This document shows, in pieces, positions 1 through 17,789 of a DNA stretch of 64,000 bases. The stretch comes from Bugula neritina (taxonomy: Eukaryota > Animalia > Bryozoa): contig OZ037765.1 in NCBI GenBank assembly GCA_964035545.1, forward strand, positions 31,247,504-31,311,503, read 5' to 3'. Within the stretch, counting starts at the first letter, position 1. The number at the start of each line of letters is the position of its first letter. Made by a program: the position numbers and the translations under genes. The notes under the pieces are model-generated. The model saw only the letters and a program-made list of their open reading frames with translations. It did not search any database and was not told where the DNA came from.

Positions 1-566
1 ACCTCAGTGATAAATTTTCATTAGCCTCTCCTACACACCTGGCACTGTTTTTTAAAGACATTTTGATTTATTTCTGGATTTCATGTTGATTTTTTCCAAA
101 TTCCATTGCTTATTGATAAAATGCAAGTCCACACAAAATAGCTGTCACTGCCTTGCTGAGGCCACATTATTGGTATATTATAAGAATTCAGTCCCGGCAA
201 ACAAAACTTCACATAATTGTGCTAGAATTAAAATTTAAAAACCATGTTTTAGATCTTCCTGTTCCTTAGAGCACCTGCTTTTTGAGTTTTCAATAATTTT
301 TGCAAAGTTATAGACAAAAATCTTCTCATTTTTGGCCAGTTTTACCTGAAAAATTTATTTTTCAATCCCTGCCAAATATCTCAGCAGGAAAGCATGGTAT
401 TCGAATAAAACAAACACTGTCGGAAACCTGAGAAATTTATGCATGGCAACCTTTTTGATCTTTTCAATAGCCTTCATAGATTTTCTACAAGTTAGTGATA
501 TGTACACCGAAAATAAAAGATTTTTTCAATAGTAATCACCAATGCACAGCACTTCGTGCTTCAGTG
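1..566. mobile_element. Possible right end of a DNA transposon (CAC...GTG-terminated type), truncated by the window edge
   Basis: Non-coding segment ending ...GTGCTTCAGTG at 566 (reverse complement starts CACTGAAGCAC, like Chapaev/CMC-type ends). The other end is outside the window, so neither TIR nor TSD can be confirmed. Confidence 0.2.
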
Positions 567-2525
567 AACACGTAGAGATGAGAAGTTGGAATATTGATAG
601 CTGCATATTATTCATAGTATAATCCCAGGCTAAACAATCACAAGTAGGCAACACGCATGCCACCCACATAGCTTCAACATTACAAGAACTTAAATTAGAT
701 CGTGAGCGAAATTGATGATATTCCCAGTGAGGATGCCAATCAGCAAAGTGTACCAGGTAAATACTTCACCATTATAAATTATATAAATCGGCAATCGGTT
801 GTACCTGTCGATGGCAACTTTAGACGGTGAAGACGGCATCTCCCTCGTAAATTCGTAACTTTATTTCAAATTTGTACCAGTCCTTTATACTTTCTTTATG
901 TTGGAGCAACTTTTTATTACATTCTCTTTTTTCTAAAATAGATAATTGAATTCCAAATTTTTATAATAGACCCTTTTTCAGAAGTCCATGATATACCCTT
1001 TACAAATAAGAGTTGTGTCCTCCCAAATAGGGTTATTCTGGTGAGTTATTTCTCATCTTACATTGTCCACTATTATCATTATGTGTTGCTAAAGTTACAA
1101 AATTACTTAAGGGATGTTGTTAGTAACATAATACAACTTTTAATGTGTGATGAGCATTTCCATGATATGTCTAGCCAGTAACAATGAAACATAACCAATA
1201 CCAAAACCAAATGCCTAAATTTAGTTTATATTTACTTGAATTGAAATCAACACAGAAATATTTGTAGATGCTTACAGCTATTGCATAGAACAACTAGTAG
1301 TAGTACAACTAGTTGCCTATATCAATAGACGACTAGAACTAGCAAGTTAGTAAGTTATTTACTTACTTTTTGTACATAATCATAATGCAACTTTAAACTA
1401 TAGGAATAAGGCAGCTCTTATAAGTCAGATAAAAATGAAGTAGTTGATACTGGATGCAACATTTCAGGTCAAACTTTTGAGCTAGAAGTAGAATATAAAA
1501 ATGATAAACTATAAAATCTCTACCGACTGTGATACTGCCTGAACTTTTGAAGTTAAACTGAATAGTCTAGACAGCTAGTGTAGCTTTAAATTTTAAAAAC
1601 ATTGCTCAGTATGACTTTTTTTTATAAAACTAAAAGTCTTCAGACCTCAGTTTAAAGCAGGAAGTCTAAACAAAAACAATAATTGAACTTTTCATACAAC
1701 CTACAAGATACATTTATAGAGTTAAATAAAACAAACGCAGTTTTATAATGATGAATAGAGAATAGTCATACTCATAAGTCATAGTGCTAGCAGTAGTACG
1801 ACCTTATACTATATAGTTATATTTACTTTTAGATTAAGTTCAACTTAGAATCAGTATGACTATGAAGTTAAACACTAATAAAAATGATAACATTATGATT
1901 ATAACCATCAAGTTCAACATTAATATTGATAATTCAAATTATCATTAATATAGTAATCACTAATCAGTAATACCATCGGCATCATATTGATTAAAGGGTA
2001 ATATAAATATGCATCAGCATGGCCAAGTGATTATCATTATAATTATGTACTTGTAGTAGATATTCATATTAAATAATTATTAAATTTAAATAGCACTGAA
2101 ACTGAAAGACAATATGAATAAAAATTCTACTATAAAGTCTTATAATTGTGGTCTATGAGCACAAAAATCCTAATCATCAAAGTAATATAAATCTTGAGTG
2201 TAAATCGTCTAGTAGTGATACTAATACTAATAGTAATAGAAATAGTATTACTATTCAATAACCTTTTAATCATTAATGTGCAAGAACCGATATCTAAAAT
2301 TAGCTGAATTTAGCTAAGTGGTTACCGCGGTGATTTGCCTGTGCTAATTGAGCTCTCAGTAAAATAGTTGCAAATACTTCATCAAAAGTAGTATTCTTAT
2401 TTGTTGAAAACTTTAAACCTCAGTCTAAAACTTGCTCTCTCACATTTCTTTCTTTAAATGAACAAGCTGATTCAAGCGACCTCATTGGTAGGACGGTATA
2501 TTACCCAAAACACCTTTTGTATCCG

Positions 2526-2546
2526 TCTTTTCTAGCGTAGTGCGAG
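2526..2546 (+). promoter_or_regulatory. RPS15A: RPS15A 5'TOP/TCT-like start and non-coding first exon
   Basis: Pyrimidine tract TCTTTTCT at 2526-2533, then a short exon ending GAG|GTAAGT (donor 2547). Acceptor TTTCAG at 2888 precedes the ATG. Typical ribosomal protein gene architecture. Confidence 0.7.
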
Positions 2547-2905
2547 GTAAGTAATGCGTCACATTTTCTCCTTCATTTTTAAAAATCGTTCGACATCTAA
2601 ATTGTAGGAGTATGTCGACTGTTGTTCGCTATGGCTATACATACTTATGAAAAGTAGAAATGTCTAAAATGATTAGTTGTTATTTTGTTGTATGAGATGC
2701 TGTGAAAATCCTTTCTCTGTAGGCAACATACTTTTTACGATGTTGATTTAAACGTTAGTTTAATATCATTTGTATTAGCATACATGGACGCAAATTATTA
2801 AGATTTTTATAATTAGCTGATAGTAAATCTGATTTTGTGATCAACTTTTTTCATTTTGATTTCAAGTTTTTAACCATTTTTATTTCAGGTCTCCAACCTA
2901 TCAAG

Positions 2906-4301
<1,396 letters not shown>

Positions 4302-4471
4302 AACAATAAAATGGTGAACTGAAAAAAAATCTTGTTATTAATACTATTCTTTATTTCTTTTGCTGTGACAAGTCATGCATTTTGGTGGTCAGTAATTATT
4401 AAAAATTATAAAAAGCACGAAACTACATAATTTAAAATTACATAAAATACTAGGATTTTGGCAAAAATAAG

Positions 4472-11952
<7,481 letters not shown>

Positions 11953-13275
11953 CTTATAATTGATAAACCTAAAACTAAAGAGAAGTGAAATGTACATTTG
12001 TAAGCAACATAGAACAGCAGGTATTATTTTTTATGACGATCAGGTAGAGGATTGCGCACTAATAATGCACCACTATCAAATTAATTTATAACAAAATAAA
12101 CTCAAACTGATCATTATTTACTAGTTCAAAAGCATGGTGTTTTATTAGGATCTTCTAAAATAGTCTGTTTAAATAATTATTTCTACAGAAATAAAATTTA
12201 AGGTACCATAAACATAAGCTTTGTAGCCCATTACTACCATTAGTCGTCTAAATATTTTCAGTTTCAAAACTCTCATAGCCTTTTCCAATTTCAGTTTAGA
12301 AATAAAAATATTACAGTTATAAATCTGTCATTTGTTAACTATCAGCTTAAATTTTAATACTAACAGTTTATCCCATTTAAATGTAAGACTAACAAAACAT
12401 GTATATTATTATTATTATCACCAAAACTTAACACTGGGCTATTTATTAATATTATTTTTTACATCATGATTATGTCATAGTTAATCAGATTAAATCTAAT
12501 ATTAATATTAAATATAAATTAGGTAATGGTCATTGTGATAGTCATACACTCATAATCATACTGATAGTGATAAGATTAAGTATAACTATCAGACTAAGAC
12601 TATGCAGTTGTACATATTCTAAGAGTATGTACAAATTACAGTTACTGTTAGACTCAGTGTTACTCAATACTTATCGTTAACTTATACTTAAAGTTATATT
12701 AATCTAAATATTGAGTGTCTTTAATATATACATTTACATTATATTAATTTTACTTTATAATATTACTATTATTATTAAATGTAATTGCAATTTTATTTAC
12801 ATAAACAATAGTTAAATTCAATGTTAATGTTATACTCAAAGTTAAAGTAAAACTACAACTCAAAGTGAAAGTAAAAGTAAAATCTAATTTAATATAAATG
12901 AAATTTACCAATTAGTAATAATGATACCAACACTAATAGTAGCAACTAACTATTTAAAAAATTATTACTTGATAATTATAATAATATAAAGTTATTATAA
13001 ATACTATGATCATTAAGATTTATTTAAATTTGAATTATAAATTTATGAATCATTATGATTATGATTATTCGAATAGCAAATGAAATGTGATACTCATACT
13101 AATAATAATGTAATAACAACGCCAATAGACAACAGCTGATATAACAAAAGTTACAACAAGAATAAATGGTAAAAATTATATGAATAATTATGCGTTCATT
13201 GTCATATTTAATAAGAACTCAATTCAAAAACTTATTATCCTTTATTAAATTTAATAATAGTTTTATAAAAAAAAA

Positions 13276-13300
13276 ACCATTTGCCCGGGACCGGAAACTA
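13276..13300. promoter_or_regulatory. Probable Miro core promoter region (GC patch with ETS-like CCGGAA)
   Basis: GCCCGGGACCGGAAACT is an isolated GC-rich patch in AT-rich DNA upstream of Miro. The TSS was not determined. Confidence 0.35.
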
Positions 13301-13671
13301 CTAGAGACTATCTTTGTAATGTCAAGGCCATATTAGTGTGACCTTCTTTTGCGTTCAACTTGTTTGTGTAAAGCAACTCCTATACAGTGATCAGTTTTTT
13401 ATTAAAGGATTTGTGTCCTCTTTTTGCCACAGCCACGACCAATAATAGCGCTAGATACTTGTAAACAACTTTAAAATGGTTTCGCTTTCAGTTTCATAGA
13501 TGGCACACTGCGACTATTTCTTTCAAGAACCTTATTCATAAAGTTGTTCTAAGAATTAGCTTCAAAGTTTTGCAGTGGTATTGATTTATTATATTAAACA
13601 TTGTTTAAAAATACGTTAAACTTAGTTTGCCAAATATGTTTCTCAATGAATAAACTATTAGTATTAGTATT

Positions 13672-13862
13672 TGTTATAGTGGCACGCTGAGAGTTTAGCT
13701 AATGACAATAGCCTATCAGATACGTGAGCTATAGTGTTACTAAGAGTTGCCCTACCAGCCACCGTATAGCTGAGATAGCTACAAGCTAAGGCAGATAAAA
13801 CCCAGACAAACAGAGTGAACGGTCTCCTTCATCTAGCAGCTTTATCACTGATTGCTATAACA
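13672..13862 (+). repeat. 5' LTR
   Basis: TG...CA with an 8-bp terminal inverted repeat. Identical to the 3' LTR except TACGTG vs TACATG. Confidence 0.97.
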
Positions 13863-13876
13863 TGGCGCAGTCAGCA
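13863..13876 (+). other. Primer binding site, tRNA-Ser-like
   Basis: TGGCGCAGTCAGCA directly after the LTR. Resembles the complement of a tRNA-Ser 3' end (...GACUGCGCCA). Confidence 0.7.
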
Positions 13877-13996
13877 TTTTAACGAACCTGCCAGTGAGAA
13901 ACTCTTTCTGTCCTTACAACTATAGATGATAGATAAGTACTTTCTTCAATTAATCATTATCAGTTGCAAGTGTTTTGAATATAATATAATAATATA

Positions 13997-14157
13997 AGTG
14001 TAGTGTAGTGTAGTGTAGTGTAGTGTAGTGTAGTGTAGTGTAGTGTAGTGTAGTGTAGTGTAGTGTAGTGTAGTGTAGTGTGGTGCAGTGCTACTGTTGG
14101 TGCAGTGTTATTGTTAGTGCAGTGTTATTGTTAGTGTTGTGTTATTGTTAGTGTAGT
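13997..14157. repeat. (TAGTG)n microsatellite in the retroelement leader
   Basis: About 16 perfect TAGTG units to 14080, then degenerate units. Confidence 0.95.
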
Positions 14158-14365
14158 CTAATGAGTGATAATCGTAATTTGATATCGTGATTCACAGCTG
14201 GCAACTGTGATACTACAGTCATTTACAACAAGTGACCGAAACAGTGATACTCAGTGTTTAAGATATTTTGTGATTGGCATCTTGACATAACACACGAGTA
14301 AATCAAGGCTCCAAGCTAGTACAAGTAGTAACCTTTGTAGCACAGGGAATCGTAACAACAAAGTC

Positions 14366-15502
14366 ATGGATTTAAATTCATTTCCAAGACTTCAATTGAA
14401 TTGTAATGATGTGACAGGATCATGGAATGATTGGCTAGCTCAATTTGAGATAACAGTAGAGTTAACTACTTTGAATCTGGGAAAAGAGACAGTGGAGGGT
14501 GTAGAAGTAAATAAATTTAGAGGTAGGACTAAGTTGTTAGCATTGTTGAGCGCAATAGGCAATGATGGTAGAGCCACGTTACAATCTCTTGGCTTTGATT
14601 TAAGAAACAATGGGAATGAAGGCTATGAGCAAGCATTAGGTCTACTTAGGGGCCACTATGATAGGTCAGATAGCTTTTATGTTAAAACAATGAGGTTTGT
14701 GACAGTGTCACAGGCCATTGATGAGGATGAAAGAGAATACTTGCTGAGAGTAGAAAAACTTAGTAGAGAATTAGGTTTAGGTGCTGGGACCGAGGATGTT
14801 AGAAGGAGACTTAGTGTTGCCTTAGCAGTAAATGGCTTGCGCGATACTAATGCTAGGAGACAATTATTGCAAGAACCCGATTTATCCTGGGACGACTTAA
14901 ATACCAAGCTTAAAGCAAAAAAGCTAGCTAGAGACTCAGACCTACTTTTAAATGAAGCTAGGACAATAGTGGAAGTCAAACAAGAAGTCGGGGCTGTAAG
15001 TTCTCTTAAGCAGACTAGAAACAGTAGCAATGACACCTGTGACAGTTATTCTGTTAATAGGGTTTCTAGATCTAGAATAAAGTGGAGACCTTATTTGAGA
15101 AGTAGCCTTAGGAATAGTGACCACTATAGAAGTAGAAGCTCGAGTGGATCTAGTAATAGCTCTGATGATCATAGTAAACGACATTACAATAGTAGGGATA
15201 AATTCTGTTCAAGCCAACGAAGGAGGAGGGATGAAAAACCTCTCGTAGATAGACTGAATTCGGGTTACTATCATTCTAGGTCTAAAAGGTTTAGCTCCCC
15301 TAGAAGAGAAGGAAATCTTTGCTATCATTGTAAAAAACATGATCATAGAATTAGGGACTGCCCTGATGTAAGGTGCTTCGTATGTAACTGCCGAGGGCAC
15401 ACCACTAAAGATTGCCCCGAAAGAGAGACCAAACCTTATAGGTCAAGTAGTGGGAGTAGTGATAGGAATAAGGGTTATAGGAGAGTCAGATTTGCAAGCT
15501 GA
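14366..15502 (+). CDS. gag: Gag (capsid-like N-terminus, Ser/Arg-rich linker, two CCHC knuckles)
   Basis: 378-aa ORF. WNDWLAQFE...LLSAIG...YEQALGLLRGHY pattern typical of Mag-type Gypsy Gag. Knuckles CYHCKKHDHRIRDC and CFVCNCRGHTTKDC. Confidence 0.9.
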   Translation: MDLNSFPRLQLNCNDVTGSWNDWLAQFEITVELTTLNLGKETVEGVEVNKFRGRTKLLALLSAIGNDGRATLQSLGFDLRNNGNEGYEQALGLLRGHYDRSDSFYVKTMRFVTVSQAIDEDEREYLLRVEKLSRELGLGAGTEDVRRRLSVALAVNGLRDTNARRQLLQEPDLSWDDLNTKLKAKKLARDSDLLLNEARTIVEVKQEVGAVSSLKQTRNSSNDTCDSYSVNRVSRSRIKWRPYLRSSLRNSDHYRSRSSSGSSNSSDDHSKRHYNSRDKFCSSQRRRRDEKPLVDRLNSGYYHSRSKRFSSPRREGNLCYHCKKHDHRIRDCPDVRCFVCNCRGHTTKDCPERETKPYRSSSGSSDRNKGYRRVRFAS

Positions 15503-15622
15503 CTATATGATGGCAATGACAGCAAGTTATTTCCTCCTGAACAAGGAGAAATTACGGATACTAGACGGGGGAGACTAAGCAAACCTCCTAATAGACTAAA
15601 CATGCAGAGGTATAAATATTAA
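15503..15622 (+). pseudogene. In-frame post-stop extension carrying a Pol/integrase C-terminus-like motif
   Basis: After TGA, in frame: LYDGNDSKLFPPEQGEITDTRRGRLSKPPNRLNMQRYKY*. TRRGRLSKPPNRL resembles the TRSGRxxxPPxRL tail of Gypsy/Mag Pol. Confidence 0.6.
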
Positions 15623-15691
15623 TGTGTTTTTATAGATATCGTTTTAGAAAACTTGAGAAAAACAATATATAGATAGAGAAAGAGACAAACA

Positions 15692-16732
15692 ATGAGCAAT
15701 AGTGAGAAAGAGAAGGAAGGTATAGGGGAACCCGACATGGACTCTTGGTCTAAAGCCGGACCCTCAGGAAGACATAAAGAAACGGTAAAAGTAGCTAACC
15801 CCCAGGGTAAGCCCAAGAATACAGAAGATAAGGCTAAGCTTAAGAAGCCACATGAGGTATGTGGCAACAAGGGCACAATTAGGTGTGCCATCTGTAGATG
15901 CTTCAGGGATCACTCTGCCCGAGACTGTCCCAATAATAAGTGTTACAGGTGTGGGCAGAAAGGTCATTGGGTGGAGGACTGCAGAGAAGTCTATTGCAGT
16001 TGGTGTTGTGTCGCAGCCGAACACAAAACCTCAGACTGTAGTCACGCACCTTCTAGCTTCAAGCGGAAGGCTGTTAATGGTGTTGACTTTCAAGATCTAG
16101 CACCAAAATTAGCCAAGGTTTCAGGTAGTCAGAAATCAAACTATGCAAGTGTTGCCTCTGGTGGTGTAGCTACATCATCAAGCTATGTTCATGCATTAAA
16201 GCCTAAAAATGTTATTGTCAGTGAAGTTTCAGGGTTCCTGAATGGCTTGACTGGGTGCGACTTCCTGGATGGGGAGGCTTATGCACTAAGGAAAGAGGAA
16301 TTAAATAGAAAAAAGCAAAAACTTCAACGAAAGTTCAACAGGCAAATGGAAGAGATCAGTGAGCAAGAGAGTCTCTTGGAAAAGGAGTATCAGTGCTCAA
16401 TGGCTATTAAAGTAGCAATCGAAAACTGGGCCAACGTGGCCAACGTGCATTCCAGAGGGTTGGGTAGCACGATACTAAACCCTGCAACCACAGTTGCGGA
16501 AGGTCCCAGTGGTAACCAGGAGGAGTCAAAGGCCGTAGAGGAGTCGCCGACCCCAGGTCGCCCTCGGGACGACACTTGGGAGGAGTCAATGGCCGTAGAG
16601 CCCCAGACCCCCGGTGTACATGGTGGTTCAGACCTTGGTCTGAGACCGACCTACAGTCCTAGTCAGCCTCAGGCAACTGAGACTGGGGAGGTGAAGATGG
16701 AAACATCTTCTAATCCCGAAGCACTGCATTGA
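15692..16732 (+). CDS. Retroelement ORF2: three zinc knuckles, coiled coil and acidic disordered tail
   Basis: 346-aa intact ORF. CAICRCFRDHSARDC, CYRCGQKGHWVEDC, CSWCCVAAEHKTSDC; NYASVA motif; heptad-like LRKEELNRKKQKLQRKFNRQMEEISEQESLLEKE; repeats EESKAVE/EESMAVE. Confidence 0.85.
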   Translation: MSNSEKEKEGIGEPDMDSWSKAGPSGRHKETVKVANPQGKPKNTEDKAKLKKPHEVCGNKGTIRCAICRCFRDHSARDCPNNKCYRCGQKGHWVEDCREVYCSWCCVAAEHKTSDCSHAPSSFKRKAVNGVDFQDLAPKLAKVSGSQKSNYASVASGGVATSSSYVHALKPKNVIVSEVSGFLNGLTGCDFLDGEAYALRKEELNRKKQKLQRKFNRQMEEISEQESLLEKEYQCSMAIKVAIENWANVANVHSRGLGSTILNPATTVAEGPSGNQEESKAVEESPTPGRPRDDTWEESMAVEPQTPGVHGGSDLGLRPTYSPSQPQATETGEVKMETSSNPEALH

Positions 16733-17069
16733 GGTTCTGGTCAGTCTCAGGCAACTGAGACTGAGGGAGAAGAGGGTGGGAACATCCTCCGATTCCAACT
16801 CACTTACTTACACACTTACCGACACACTAAACAACCTACTCACCTAACTTACTCACCTACTTATTTACTCACACACTCAACGACACACTGACTCGCGAAC
16901 TACTAAATTACAAATAGTTAAAGCTTGTGTTTACAGTTTCTGGCATATAGAGGTGAGTAAGTTTACCCACAGACATGTGGTACTCATCAGCTTATAGCTT
17001 TTAGAAATAGTATGTAATTGAAATGCTTAGTTTTAGCAGGTGGTCACCAGCCTTTATTGGAAGGGGGCA

Positions 17070-17260
17070 TGTTATAGTGGCACGCTGAGAGTTTAGCTAA
17101 TGACAATAGCCTATCAGATACATGAGCTATAGTGTTACTAAGAGTTGCCCTACCAGCCACCGTATAGCTGAGATAGCTACAAGCTAAGGCAGATAAAACC
17201 CAGACAAACAGAGTGAACGGTCTCCTTCATCTAGCAGCTTTATCACTGATTGCTATAACA
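17070..17260 (+). repeat. 3' LTR
   Basis: Direct repeat of 13672-13862, preceded by the polypurine tract. Confidence 0.97.
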
Positions 17261-17789
17261 GTATTGCTATTTGCATATAATTTTATCGCCATCACTTAAT
17301 TTCAGACGTACTCTGAGACTCACAGTCAATCACATTGGCAGTCTTACTCTTTACCTTGATCTTAGCGATATTCAAATGAGTGTCAAAGTACCATTAAGAA
17401 TTACATCTATTTAAGCAAATTTAAATATCTATTTGTAAATGCAACTCTTCTTTTTTTTTTGTCATCCTTGTTAATGTAAAGCTGCAAATAACTAAGAAGC
17501 GTCAGTCACTCTCTCAGTCAAAGTGAAACTGAAGCTCAAATGCAAACTCAGTGTTTTAAGACTACTCACAAAAATAAGTTTTTCAATTTTAAGCAATATT
17601 ATGGTCGGTAAGATTAGGTATTTTGCTAAATTAAGATTTGCAGCAAGTCAATTAATATTGTGTTTATTCAAGTCACTGTTTTGACTAGTGAAGTACCTAA
17701 GCCAGTAAGTTCTTTAGTCGTTATTAGTTGAATTTGACAACTTGAAAAAAATATTTGTTTGTTACTTAACTTTTACTTTGTAGAATTAA

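Larger units (their letters stand above)
13672..17260 (+). mobile_element. Non-autonomous LTR retrotransposon (Gypsy/Mag-like), pol-less, two intact ORFs
   Basis: LTRs 13672-13862 and 17070-17260 (191 bp, TGTTATAG...CTATAACA, one mismatch). TSD GTATT (13667-71 / 17261-65). PBS TGGCGCAGTCAGCA at 13863. PPT GGAAGGGGGCA at 17059-69. No PR/RT/RH/IN ORF. Confidence 0.96.

Noticed and set aside
697-1045. Short AG...GT-bounded exon-like pieces near the window start
   Set aside because: No recognisable protein and no start/stop context.
2602-2730. Possible additional H/ACA snoRNA in RPS15A intron 1 (AGTATGT/ACATACT stem, AAAGTA, ACA); similar weak candidate at about 3690-3775
   Set aside because: Could not define pockets or an rRNA target by eye; needs snoReport or Infernal.
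14677-16589. Antisense and overlapping ORFs within the retroelement
   Set aside because: Shadows of gag/ORF2 with no recognisable motifs. None encodes protease, RT or integrase.
15692-16732. ORF2 as an envelope gene
   Set aside because: No signal peptide or transmembrane segment.
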